A stretch of 64,000 nt of DNA from an uncultured Eubacteriales bacterium (GCA_964423315.1 CAYREO010000001.1:20629-84628); one strand, 5' to 3'; counted from the first letter of the stretch, positions 9,145 through 18,495 are shown. The notes: generated by a model not told the origin, from the sequence alone. Made by a program: numbers and translations.

Positions 9145-9494
9145 TCGCGATCGTCGTCTGTCTGGCGGTCATGGGAGCGCTCCAGATGCTGACGCCGTTC
9201 TGGTGGTGGATCATGATCGTGCCTTTCGGCTTTGGAGTCGCGGCGTCCGGGACGGCGCGAAAGGCGTTCTGGACGGGATTCTCGGCGGCCGGGCTGCTTT
9301 GGCTCGGAGCGGCGCTCTTCTTCATGCTCACGGGAAGCCGGATCATCGCCGGCCGGATGGCCGGGATGTTCGGTCTCGGGAGCGGCTGGTTCCTGGCCCC
9401 GGTGACGGCCCTCGTCGCGGCCCTGGCCGGGGCGGTTGCGGGCTGCGCCGGGCACGCGGTGCGCGCGGTCATCGGCAAGCGCAGAGGACGTTGA
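9141..9494 (+). CDS. Small hydrophobic membrane protein (about 117 aa, 3-4 TM), translationally coupled to the acylase
   Basis: ATGA overlap with the acylase stop at 9141-9144. MIAIVVCLAVMGALQMLTPFWWWIMIVPFGFGVAASG... is strongly hydrophobic. The start is set at the internal Met of track ORF 9045..9494. Confidence 0.45.
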   Translation: MIAIVVCLAVMGALQMLTPFWWWIMIVPFGFGVAASGTARKAFWTGFSAAGLLWLGAALFFMLTGSRIIAGRMAGMFGLGSGWFLAPVTALVAALAGAVAGCAGHAVRAVIGKRRGR

Positions 9495-9564
9495 TCGAAG
9501 GTCCTGCGTCGGCCGACCGCCGATCCGGCCGCCCATGGATAGATCTCAGAATAGGGAGAGCGAG

Positions 9565-12500
9565 ATGAAACATTCATGTTCGAGATATGTCACCATGATC
9601 GGGGTCTGTCTGGCGGCTTTCCTGTCCTTCGGGGCCCAGGCGCCCTCGAAGCCTGCCGCCAAGCCTCCGGCCAAAGAGGCGCCTCAGGCGGCCGCCGACG
9701 TTTTCGGCCAGCTCCGCTACCGTCACGCCGGGCCCGTCGGCAACCGGGTCATCGCCGTGGCCGGACTGCCGGGCGACCCGAGCGTCTATTACGCCGGCGC
9801 GGCCTCGGGCGGCATCTTCAAGTCGACCGACGGCGGGGTCCACTGGACGCCGGTTTTCGACGACCAGCCCGTTTCGTCGATCGGTTCGCTGGCTGTGGCC
9901 CCGTCCGACCCGAACATCGTCTGGGCCGGGACGGGCGAGACGTTCATCCGCAGCAACATTTCGCAGGGCAACGGCATCTACAGGTCGACCGACGCCGGCA
10001 AGACCTGGACCCGGATGGGGCTCGAGAACACGGGCCGCATCGGGAGGATCGTCATCGACCCGCGCGACCCGGACGTCGTCTTCGCCGCGGCCATGGGCCA
10101 TTGCTACGGACCCCAACAGGAACGGGGCGTCTTCCGGACGACCGACGGCGGCAAGACCTGGGAGCGGGTCCTGTTCGTCGACGAGAACACGGGCTGTTCG
10201 GATATCGCCATGGACCCGAGGAACCCGCGCATCCTTTTCGCCGGGATGTGGCCGATGCTCATCCGGGCCTGGGGCCGCTGGAGCGGCGGGCCCGGCGGCG
10301 GCATCCAAGTCTCGCGCGACGGCGGTACGACCTGGAAGAGGCTCCAGGGCGGAGGTCTGCCGGCGGCCGAGATCGGCAAGGTGGCCCTGGCCGTCGCGGC
10401 CAGCGACCCGGAGCGGGTCTACGCGCTCATCGAGACCCCCGACGAAGGCCTGTGGCGCTCGGACAACGGCGGAGCGAGTTGGACCCATGTCAACCGCGAC
10501 CACGTCCTGCTCAACCGGCCGCTCTACTACACGCGGCTGATCGTCTCGCCGGCGAACGCCGACGAGGTCTATTTCCCGGCGACCCGATTCAGCATGACCC
10601 AGGACGGCGGGCGGACCGTCAAACGCTTCAATGTCTGGGGCGGCGACCACCACGACATGTGGATCGATCCGAAGGACCCCGACCGGATGATCGTCGGCAA
10701 CGATCAGGGACTGGCCATCAGCACGAACCGGGGCAAGACCTGGCGGGCCGTCGAACTGCCCATCGCCCAGATGTACCATGTGGACGTCGACAACCGGATC
10801 CCCTATTACCTTTACGGCAACCGGCAGGACGGGACATCTTACCGCGTGCCGAGCAACAGCCGGACGGGCGGCAACATCCCGCGGGGCCTGTGGCACCCGG
10901 TTGGCGGCTTCGAGAGCGGCCACGCCGTGGTCGATCCGGTCGACAACAACATCGTCTGGTCGGGCAACTACGACGGCATGCTCGATCGCTTCGACCTGCG
11001 GACGCTGCAGAGCCGGGCCGTCAGCGTGTGGCCGGAGAGCATCCAGGGATGGGCCGCCGCGGAGATGAAATACCGCTTCCAGTGGACCTTCCCGATCGCC
11101 ATTTCGCCCCACGATCACAACCGCGTGTACGTGGGCAGCCAGTTCGTCCATCGGACGACGGACGGCGGGCACAGCTGGCAGGTCATCAGCCTCGATCTCA
11201 GCACGAACGATCCGAAGAAGATGGAGCGGACGGGCGGCATCACGGCCGACGACGCCAGCCCGCTCGTCGCCTGCACGCTGTTCGCGCTCGCCGAATCGCC
11301 GCTCGCGGACGGCGAGATCTGGGCCGGGACGAACGACGGCCTGCTCCACGTGACCCGCGACGGCGGAGCGACATGGGCGAACGTGACCAAGAACATCCCC
11401 GGCCTGCCGCCCGACGGCACGATCAGCAACATCGAGCCGTCCCGGCACAAGGCGGGGGCGTGCTACATCACGGTCGATCTCCATCAGGTCAACGACCGGG
11501 ACCCGTACGTCTACAAGACGGAGGACCACGGCAAGACCTGGAAGAGGCTCGGCGCGGACATCCCGCGGACGCCGCTGAGCTACGCCCATTGCGTGAGAGA
11601 GGACCCGGAGCGCCCGGGGCTTCTCTATCTGGGTATCGAGAACGCGATCTACGTCTCGTTCGACGACGGGGCGAGCTGGCAGCCGCTGCAGACGAACCTG
11701 CCGCACGCGCCCGTGCATTGGCTCGCCGTCCAGGCGCACTTCGGCGACCTGGCCGTCGCGACGTACGGGCGGGGGTTCTGGATCCTCGACGACATCACCC
11801 CGCTGCGGCAGCTGACGCCGGAGGTGCGGAAGGCGGAGGCCTTCCTCTTCGCGCCCCGGCCGGCCTACCGGTTCCGGACGGTCGAAGGCCCGAGCGGAGC
11901 GCCCAACGATCCGAGCTTCGGACAGAACCCGCCGTACGGGGCGTCGCTCAACTATTGGCTGGGCGACGAGCCCAAAGAGGACGTCATGATCACCATCAAG
12001 GACGCCGCGGGCCGGATCGTGAGGACGCTGAAGACCGAGGCCCCCGACCCGGACGCGGAGGACGATGAGGGGGGCGGGCGGCGGGCCGCCGGGGCGGTGA
12101 GCGTCCCGAAAAAGGCCGGCATCAACCGGGTCTGGTGGGACCTGCGCTGGGACCGGACCGAGGAGGTCCGGATGTGGACGGCGACGGTCGGTCACGAGCA
12201 CGCCGGGGTCGGTCCCAAGGGTTGGCGGCGGTTCCCTCTGGGTCGGTTCCAGAGGGGGCCCTTGGTCGAGCCGGGGGTGTACACGGTGACGCTGAAGGTC
12301 GGCGAGCGAGAGCTCACCCGGGAGCTCGTTGTGCGTAAGGACCCCAATACGGCCGGGACCGAGGCCGATATCAGGGAGCAGACGGAGCTGCTGCTGGACA
12401 TCCACGGCATGACCAACGCGACAGTGGCGCTGATCAATCGGGCCGAGCTCGTCCGCAAACAGCTGGCCGACCTGGAGACCGTCCTTAAGGGCGACTCCGG

Positions 12501-12825
12501 GGCGACGGACGTTCTGGAAGCGTCCCGGGCCGTCGATAAAAAGATCGTGGCCTTCGAGGATTTCTTCTTCCCGGTCGGGCTGACCGGATCCGGCGACGAT
12601 CTGCGCTGGCCCGATAAGTTCTACGCCAAATTGGGCTTTTTGGCGAGGCACGTGGGCGAGGCGGATTTCCCGCCGACGACCCAGCAGCGGGAGGTCTATG
12701 CGATGTTCAAGGCGCAGCTGGCGTCGCGAGAGGCGGAATTCCGGAAGCTCGCCGAGGAGGACCTGGCCGCCCTGAACAAGATGCTGCGGGACCGGAACAT
12801 CCCTCACATCGTCTCCCGCTTTTAA
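9565..12825 (+). CDS. Secreted BNR/Asp-box repeat double beta-propeller protein (sortilin/VPS10-like, GH74-like)
   Basis: At least 10 Asp-box motifs (STDGGVHWT, STDAGKTWT, TTDGGKTWE, SRDGGTTWK, SDNGGASWT, TQDGGRTV, TDGGHSWQ, TRDGGATWA, TEDHGKTWK, FDDGASWQ) run across about 1080 aa. The start is set at MKHSCSRY, which has a signal peptide and an upstream GGGAGAG RBS (the track ORF begins at 9436). Confidence 0.7.
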   Translation: MKHSCSRYVTMIGVCLAAFLSFGAQAPSKPAAKPPAKEAPQAAADVFGQLRYRHAGPVGNRVIAVAGLPGDPSVYYAGAASGGIFKSTDGGVHWTPVFDDQPVSSIGSLAVAPSDPNIVWAGTGETFIRSNISQGNGIYRSTDAGKTWTRMGLENTGRIGRIVIDPRDPDVVFAAAMGHCYGPQQERGVFRTTDGGKTWERVLFVDENTGCSDIAMDPRNPRILFAGMWPMLIRAWGRWSGGPGGGIQVSRDGGTTWKRLQGGGLPAAEIGKVALAVAASDPERVYALIETPDEGLWRSDNGGASWTHVNRDHVLLNRPLYYTRLIVSPANADEVYFPATRFSMTQDGGRTVKRFNVWGGDHHDMWIDPKDPDRMIVGNDQGLAISTNRGKTWRAVELPIAQMYHVDVDNRIPYYLYGNRQDGTSYRVPSNSRTGGNIPRGLWHPVGGFESGHAVVDPVDNNIVWSGNYDGMLDRFDLRTLQSRAVSVWPESIQGWAAAEMKYRFQWTFPIAISPHDHNRVYVGSQFVHRTTDGGHSWQVISLDLSTNDPKKMERTGGITADDASPLVACTLFALAESPLADGEIWAGTNDGLLHVTRDGGATWANVTKNIPGLPPDGTISNIEPSRHKAGACYITVDLHQVNDRDPYVYKTEDHGKTWKRLGADIPRTPLSYAHCVREDPERPGLLYLGIENAIYVSFDDGASWQPLQTNLPHAPVHWLAVQAHFGDLAVATYGRGFWILDDITPLRQLTPEVRKAEAFLFAPRPAYRFRTVEGPSGAPNDPSFGQNPPYGASLNYWLGDEPKEDVMITIKDAAGRIVRTLKTEAPDPDAEDDEGGGRRAAGAVSVPKKAGINRVWWDLRWDRTEEVRMWTATVGHEHAGVGPKGWRRFPLGRFQRGPLVEPGVYTVTLKVGERELTRELVVRKDPNTAGTEADIREQTELLLDIHGMTNATVALINRAELVRKQLADLETVLKGDSGATDVLEASRAVDKKIVAFEDFFFPVGLTGSGDDLRWPDKFYAKLGFLARHVGEADFPPTTQQREVYAMFKAQLASREAEFRKLAEEDLAALNKMLRDRNIPHIVSRF

Positions 12826-12931
12826 GAAGAAGGGGTCAAATCTCCATTCATTAATTTTTCATGAAGGGAAGGACAGGCCCGATCGAAGAAATCGGCGAAT
12901 ATTTAATGAATGGAGATTTGACCCCTTCTTC
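12826..12931. repeat. MITE-like palindromic element, copy 1 (29-bp perfect terminal inverted repeats, 48-bp core)
   Basis: Left arm gaagaaggggtcaaatctccattcattaa (12826-12854) is the exact reverse complement of right arm ttaatgaatggagatttgaccccttcttc (12903-12931). It is AT-rich relative to the genome. It sits exactly between the stop codons of two convergent genes. Confidence 0.7.
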
Positions 12932-14828
12932 AAAGGAGGGCGAGGACGAGGAAGGGCACGTAGGTGATGAGCAGGACCGCCGCCAGGCGGATCGCCAGGA
13001 AGACCCCCACGCTCCGGTACACCCGCGGCATCGGCTCGTTGAAGCGATAAGAGGCCAGGAAGAGGTTCATGCCCACGGGCGGCGTCAGATACCCCAGCTC
13101 CAAGTTGGCCAGGAAGATGATCCCGAGATGGACCGGGTGGATCCCGAAGACGGCCCCCAGGGGGATGATCAACGGGACGATGACCAGGATGGCCGAATAG
13201 ATATCCATGAAGCATCCGACAGCGAGCAGGACCAGGTTGAGGACCAGGAGGAAGACGTACTTCGATGAAACGGCGGCCTCGACCCACGCGCTCAGCCGCG
13301 TCGGGATCTGCTCGTCGATGATATAGTAGGAGAGCCCGTTGGCCAGGGCCAGGATGATGAGGACCCCGCCGACGATCGGGATGCACTTGGAGACGACGCG
13401 CGGCAGGTCTCCCCACTTGAGATCCCGCTTGATGACCATCTCCACGATGATGACGTAGACGAGCGCCGCCGCCGCGCTCTCCTGAAGGTTCGTGACCCCC
13501 CCGAAATAGAGCCCGAAGACGACGACCGGCAGGAGGAGCTCCCAGAACGACTCCCCGAAGGCCTTCAGCGCCTGCCCCGGCCGCAGCGGATGGCGCGGCA
13601 CCTTGCCCCTGACCGACGAGATGATCCCGATCACAATGACCGACAGCACCAGGACGAGCCCCGGAAGAAGGCCGCCCAGGAACATATCTTTAATGCTCGT
13701 CTGGGCCGTCACTCCATAGATGATGACCGGCAGGCTCGGCGGGAAGAGCAGCCCGATGCTCCCCGAGGCCGTCAGCAATCCGACCGCGAACTTCTTCGGA
13801 TACCCGGCATCTACCAGGATATAGGACAGCAGCCCGCCGAGCGCCAGGATGGTCACGCCCGAGGCCCCTGTGAACGTCGTGAAGAACGCGCACACGAGCA
13901 CGGCCATGACCGTCAGCCCCCCGGGGAACCAGCTGAAGACGGCCTTGAAGAAGCGCACCATCCTCTCCCCCGCCCGGCTCTCCGAGAGGAAAAAACCGAC
14001 CGCGGCGAAAAGGGGGATGGCCGGGATGGCGTAGCCCGTGAGGACCGTGTAGGCCTGGTTGGGGATGATCTCCAGCGGCTGCCCGGCGTGGACGAACAGG
14101 AAATACCCCGCCCCGCCGAGGACCAGGAAGATGGGCACGCCGAGGAACCCCAGCACGACGAGCAGAACGATGACCGGCACCGCCAGCGCCTCGACGGCCG
14201 GCCCGATCGCGCCCTGGGCCGCATCCAGCCACGACTGCCAGGCCGGCACGAGCCCCCCGAGGACGTTCGCCAGCGGAGCGAAGCCCGCAAGCCCGCCCGC
14301 GAACACCGCGGCCGCCGCCACCGGCCACCTCGCGCCCTTCCTCTCCAAGCCGGTGACGGCCCGGACGCCCATCGCCAAAAACCCGGCGGCCATGAGCATG
14401 GCCACCCCGCGCCGCGGCAGGAAACCGATCCTCTCGCCCGGCAGGAACGCGGCCCAGGCGAACGAGAAGGCGCTCGCGGCGAACGCGAACAAGAGAGCCG
14501 CGGAGAGCCACGCCGAAAGGATATCGACGACCGATTTCGCCGGCTCGCGGATCGTCCACCCGGAGGCCAGCGAAAGATGCCTCTTTTCCCTCGACGTGAT
14601 AACCGCCGCGATGAACGCGGCCGCGAAGACGAGGTGCTGGACATAAGCCGTCGAATAAGGGATCCCCGTGCGGAAGAACTTGCGGGCGACGGTCTCGCCG
14701 ACCAGCAACAGGGCCATGAGGCCGATCGACAGGAAGGCCAGTCCGTCCTCGACGGCGTGAACGGCGCGGCCGGGCCTACTTGACACGGGACTTCCGGTAT
14801 TCCTCGATGCGGGACATGATCTCGTCAT
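12930..14828 (-). CDS. TRAP transporter fused permease (DctQ-DctM fusion; TatQM-like)
   Basis: 632-aa polytopic membrane protein with a small-subunit-like N-terminus followed by a DctM-like 12-TM domain. It lies downstream of the DctP and TatT genes. The track start overlaps dctP by 53 nt, so the true start may be an internal codon. Confidence 0.7.
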   Translation of the reverse strand: MTRSCPASRNTGSPVSSRPGRAVHAVEDGLAFLSIGLMALLLVGETVARKFFRTGIPYSTAYVQHLVFAAAFIAAVITSREKRHLSLASGWTIREPAKSVVDILSAWLSAALLFAFAASAFSFAWAAFLPGERIGFLPRRGVAMLMAAGFLAMGVRAVTGLERKGARWPVAAAAVFAGGLAGFAPLANVLGGLVPAWQSWLDAAQGAIGPAVEALAVPVIVLLVVLGFLGVPIFLVLGGAGYFLFVHAGQPLEIIPNQAYTVLTGYAIPAIPLFAAVGFFLSESRAGERMVRFFKAVFSWFPGGLTVMAVLVCAFFTTFTGASGVTILALGGLLSYILVDAGYPKKFAVGLLTASGSIGLLFPPSLPVIIYGVTAQTSIKDMFLGGLLPGLVLVLSVIVIGIISSVRGKVPRHPLRPGQALKAFGESFWELLLPVVVFGLYFGGVTNLQESAAAALVYVIIVEMVIKRDLKWGDLPRVVSKCIPIVGGVLIILALANGLSYYIIDEQIPTRLSAWVEAAVSSKYVFLLVLNLVLLAVGCFMDIYSAILVIVPLIIPLGAVFGIHPVHLGIIFLANLELGYLTPPVGMNLFLASYRFNEPMPRVYRSVGVFLAIRLAAVLLITYVPFLVLALL

Positions 14829-15780
14829 AGATGTCCCGCGGGAACGCCTTGCCGACCATGTCCTCGATGCTCCGGGCCGCCCCCTCGCGCCACTTCACGA
14901 GGGCGTCGGGCGGCGGCTCGTGGACCACAAGGCCGTTCTCCACCATCATCTTCATAGCCTCCGCCTCGAGCTCAGCCGTCTCCTGAATGAGGGCCTCGGC
15001 GGACTTGGACACGGCCTCCAGCATCGGCCCTCGGAACCGCTCCGGGACGCGCTCCCAGGCCTTGTCGCTGAGAATGAGGCCCCCGACGAGGGGCGAAAGC
15101 GGCAGGGCCAGCATATGGGGCACGAGAGGGAAATACTGGGCCGAAGCGGCCAGCAGCGCCGGCAGATAGGTGGCCGTCGCCATGCCGCTTTGGAGCTGGA
15201 CCATGAGGTCTTTCATATCGCCGGGTACGACCTGGAAGCCCATTCTCTTCCAGAGCTGCTCGAGCTCCGGTTCGTCGCTTGTGACGCTGACCTTTTGCTT
15301 TCTCAGGTCATCGGGATAGACGATCACGCTCTTACCGAAGAACCGGATCCAGCCGGCCTGGGTCCACAGGATGACCTTGAAGCCTTTCGATTCGATGTTC
15401 CGCTCCAAAGAGGCCTTGACGCCCTCGAAGACGGCGTTGAATTCCTCGAGGGAATCGAAGAGGAACGGCATGTTGAGGGCCAGCGCCGAGCGTTCGATCT
15501 TGGCCAGCCCCATGTTCGTGAACACCCCGCCCTGCAAGGTCCCCGTACGGATCTTACGGATCATGTCCAGCTCGCTGCCGGCCGTGCCGTCGGCGAAGAC
15601 CCGGACCTGGACCTCCCCGCCGGAGATCCTCTCCCATTCCCGGGCGACGTCCTCGAGGGCCTTGCCCCACGGCGAACGGGCCGGGGCCACGCTGCCGATC
15701 TTGATGACGACCGCCCCCCAACACGGGGTCGCCGCAAGGACGACTCCGGCGACGGCCATAGCGGCCAGGAACTTTTTCAT
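14776..15780 (-). CDS. TRAP transporter substrate-binding protein (DctP/TatP(T) family)
   Basis: 334 aa with a signal peptide (MKKFLAAMAVAGVVLAATPCWGAVV) and a DctP-family fold region (IKIGSVAPARSPWGKALEDVAREWERISGGEV...). Its start overlaps the tatT stop by 4 nt. Confidence 0.75.
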   Translation of the reverse strand: MKKFLAAMAVAGVVLAATPCWGAVVIKIGSVAPARSPWGKALEDVAREWERISGGEVQVRVFADGTAGSELDMIRKIRTGTLQGGVFTNMGLAKIERSALALNMPFLFDSLEEFNAVFEGVKASLERNIESKGFKVILWTQAGWIRFFGKSVIVYPDDLRKQKVSVTSDEPELEQLWKRMGFQVVPGDMKDLMVQLQSGMATATYLPALLAASAQYFPLVPHMLALPLSPLVGGLILSDKAWERVPERFRGPMLEAVSKSAEALIQETAELEAEAMKMMVENGLVVHEPPPDALVKWREGAARSIEDMVGKAFPRDIYDEIMSRIEEYRKSRVK

Positions 15781-16748
15781 CTCGCACCTGCCTTGAGGGA
15801 CCGGGCCGCGCTCCGTTCCTCATCCACTTCGATGAAGAACTCGTCGGCGTGCTCGAGGAGCCAGCGGGCCTTTCTCTGGTTGATGATGTTGACCAGGCGG
15901 TTCGCCGGATCCTTGTCGACATCGAACTCCAGCACCTGCCGCAGGAGGGAACGGAACTCCGCGTAGTTCTGCTCCTTGATGCAGACCGTCGTCGCCAGCG
16001 CCATGAGCGCCGAGGTATCGGCGTCGCCGGCGATCCTCTGGAACTTCTCAAAGTGATCCCGGGCCTTGGCGGCGCTCCCGCCCATGTAGTCGGGCAGCGA
16101 TCCGTAATAATTGAGGTAGAAGACATGGAGGGCGCCCCGGCCGTAACCCGGCTCGAGCTCGGCGACGCGGTCCATCATGGCCGCCGTCCGGGGCAGGGTC
16201 TGCCCGAGCGTCATGTCGAAGGGATTGACGGCGAAGGCCCCGACCCAGCCGACGGCCGCCCAGTAAAGGAAGGGGACGTCCTCCCGGCCGAACGGGGCCA
16301 TGGCTTCCTTGTATTGGCGGGCCTTGAGCTGGGCCTGCAGCGCGGGGTTCTTCTTCTCCAGGGCCACGAACAGGATGTCGCGCCCGCGCAGATAGAGGTT
16401 CTTGGCCCGGGCCAACAGGAACTCCTTGGTCTCGGCCTCCCGGCGCGGGGTCATCTCGGCCGGCGCCTGGACAAAGGCGTTGGCGTACATGATATAAAGG
16501 CTGCCGGTCCTCAGGCGCAGCCCCGCGTGATCCGGGATCGAGGAGAGAAGCGATTCATAGAGCTTGACGGCGAAGGGCAGGGCGTCGCCGATGAGGTCGG
16601 GGTCGTTGTCGGTCGAGAAGACGTCGTTCGAGGACGCCGAGGAGAGCATCCCGGCGACCTTCTTCAGGGCCATCTTCTCGAGGGAACAGGAGCCGAAAAC
16701 GAGGGGCAGGAGGGCCGCGGCGAAAAGGCCGGCCCACGCGGCGCCCAT
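15777..16748 (-). CDS. tatT: TatT-like TPR protein component of a TPAT (TPR-protein-associated TRAP transporter)
   Basis: Helical TPR-like lipoprotein (MGAAWAGLFAAALLPLVFGSCS) encoded immediately upstream of, and coupled to, dctP. The tatT-tatP-tatQM order matches the Treponema pallidum TPAT arrangement. The start is set at the internal Met (track ORF extends to 16862). Confidence 0.55.
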   Translation of the reverse strand: MGAAWAGLFAAALLPLVFGSCSLEKMALKKVAGMLSSASSNDVFSTDNDPDLIGDALPFAVKLYESLLSSIPDHAGLRLRTGSLYIMYANAFVQAPAEMTPRREAETKEFLLARAKNLYLRGRDILFVALEKKNPALQAQLKARQYKEAMAPFGREDVPFLYWAAVGWVGAFAVNPFDMTLGQTLPRTAAMMDRVAELEPGYGRGALHVFYLNYYGSLPDYMGGSAAKARDHFEKFQRIAGDADTSALMALATTVCIKEQNYAEFRSLLRQVLEFDVDKDPANRLVNIINQRKARWLLEHADEFFIEVDEERSAARSLKAGAR

Positions 16749-16910
16749 GGCGGATGACCTTGTCCTTTGACCTCGCTCAGCGCCATTTCCCCGCATCGTT
16801 CTCGAAGCTCCGTCCCCCTCGACCTCGATATCTAAAATAGTACGAAAAGCGGAGCGAGTCAAATCGCGGGGGCGTGCGGCGCGCGGGCGCGGACGAAGGG
16901 GGCGGCGCCG

Positions 16911-18332
16911 TCACACCGGCCCGTTCGAGGACCGTTTGAAGAAGAAGTAGACCGGGATGCCGGCGAGCGCGGTGGCGATGGCGATGGACGATTCGACCGG
17001 GCGCTGAAGGAAGGCCAGCGCCAGGATGGTCACCCCGAACAGGATGTAGACCGCCGGGGCCGCGGGAAAGCCCGGCATCCGGACGACGCTCCGGCCGGAC
17101 CGCCTCAGCTTGAAGACCCCGATGACGGCCAGGATGGGGAAGATGCCCAGCGAGAAGCCCATATACGTCAGCAGCTGGTCGAAGGTCCCGAAGAGGGCCA
17201 TGACGGCCGCGATGGCCCCCTGGAGGATAATGGCCCGCGAGGGGACGCCTCGGCGCTCGGAGACGCGGGCGATCGTCTTGAAGAAGATCCCGTCCTTGGC
17301 CATCGAGTAATAAACGCGAGGGCCGAGGATGAGGTATGCGCTGAGCGAGGAGAACAGGGCGAAAGAGATGAAGACCGAGATGACCGTCTCCGCGGAGCGC
17401 CCGAAGAGATTGCCCGCGGCCAGGCCGGCGATGGAGATGACGCCTTCCATGTCGGCCGGCGGGACGGCGTAGATATAAAACAGGTTGACGGCGGCATAGA
17501 GGAGGGCGACAATCCCCGTGCCGAGGAGCAGCGACCGCGGCAGGTTGCGCGACGGGTCCCGGACCTCGGAGCCGACGTAGGCCGAGGCGTTCCAACCGCT
17601 GTAAGCGAACATGATCCACATGAGCGACAGGCCCATGGTCTTCCACCCGCCGAAATCGAAGCGGAAGGGGGCGGCGGCCGTGAAGTGGGCCAGGCTGCCC
17701 TTGCCGAACGCGAAGCCGGCGGCGACCAGGCCGACGACGATGAGGATCTTCAGGGCCGTCAGCCCGTTCTGGACGCGGGCCCCGAGCTCGAGCCCGCGGG
17801 TGTGGAGAAGGGTGAAGGCGGCGATGACCAGGATGGCGTAGGCCTTCTTCAGGACCTTGGCCTCGAGGGGCTCGGGCAGGAGGCCCAGCTCGAGCGCCCC
17901 GGGAAAGGCCCGGGTCAGGTACTCGACGAAGCCGATGGCCGAGGCCGCGATGGGCGCCGAAAAGCCGACGAAGAACGACACCCAGCCGGACACGAACCCG
18001 ATCCCCGGGTGGTAGAGCCGCGACAGGAAGGCGTATTCCCCTCCCGCGCGGGGGATGGCCGCCCCGAGCTCACCGTAGCTCAGGGCCCCGCACAGGGCGA
18101 CCAGGCCGCCGACGACCCACAGGCCGAGCATGACGCCGGGATGGCGGAGGTCGCCCATCAGCAGGCCCGAGGTCGTGAAGATGCCGGCGCCGATCATGTT
18201 GGCGATGACGATGTTGGTCAGCGGGAAGAGCCCGAGCTTTCGCTGGAGCCCGTCGCCGGAGGGATCGGGGGCCACGGGAGGCGGGTTCGGCATAACACCG
18301 GCATTTATACGCGACCCGCCCCGCCCTGTCAA
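16911..18332 (-). CDS. APC-family amino acid permease
   Basis: LTNIVIANMIGAGIFTTSGLLMG... is the APC permease N-terminal signature, followed by 12 predicted TM segments. An alternative start is at MPNPP (18293). Confidence 0.75.
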   Translation of the reverse strand: MTGRGGSRINAGVMPNPPPVAPDPSGDGLQRKLGLFPLTNIVIANMIGAGIFTTSGLLMGDLRHPGVMLGLWVVGGLVALCGALSYGELGAAIPRAGGEYAFLSRLYHPGIGFVSGWVSFFVGFSAPIAASAIGFVEYLTRAFPGALELGLLPEPLEAKVLKKAYAILVIAAFTLLHTRGLELGARVQNGLTALKILIVVGLVAAGFAFGKGSLAHFTAAAPFRFDFGGWKTMGLSLMWIMFAYSGWNASAYVGSEVRDPSRNLPRSLLLGTGIVALLYAAVNLFYIYAVPPADMEGVISIAGLAAGNLFGRSAETVISVFISFALFSSLSAYLILGPRVYYSMAKDGIFFKTIARVSERRGVPSRAIILQGAIAAVMALFGTFDQLLTYMGFSLGIFPILAVIGVFKLRRSGRSVVRMPGFPAAPAVYILFGVTILALAFLQRPVESSIAIATALAGIPVYFFFKRSSNGPV

Positions 18333-18495
18333 ACGAAAAAGGGGTCAAACCGCCCTCTTGCCCCCTCCTTGAGGAAGAAAAGGGGGCCGGGGACGTCTAA
18401 ATGCCGAATCGTGAGGTATAATAGTTGGAACTATACCCGGCCCGAAGGGCCTTCGTATAAGGGAAGAGATGAACGATCCGTCGATAAGGTGAAAC

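Noticed and set aside
9574-12807. 1077-aa minus-strand ORF and 830-aa plus-strand ORF (9576..12068) overlapping the BNR-repeat gene
   Set aside because: They are alternate-frame shadow ORFs typical of high-GC DNA: Arg/Pro/Gly-rich low-complexity translations with no domain signatures. The in-frame BNR gene has clear Asp-box repeats and a signal peptide.
12861-13268. 135-aa plus ORF starting inside MITE copy 1 (MKGRTGPIEEIGEYLMNGDLTPSS...), and similar repeat-derived N-termini on ORFs at 31899 and 27171
   Set aside because: The Met and first residues are encoded by the repeat itself, and the ORF is antisense to the TRAP permease. It is an artefact of the repeat sequence containing ATG.
18333-18372. 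aaaaaggggtcaaaccgccctcttgccccc segment resembling the MITE arm (ggggtcaaa)
   Set aside because: Only a 9-nt match to the repeat arm and no inverted partner. More likely a simple hairpin or terminator at the APC permease 5' region.
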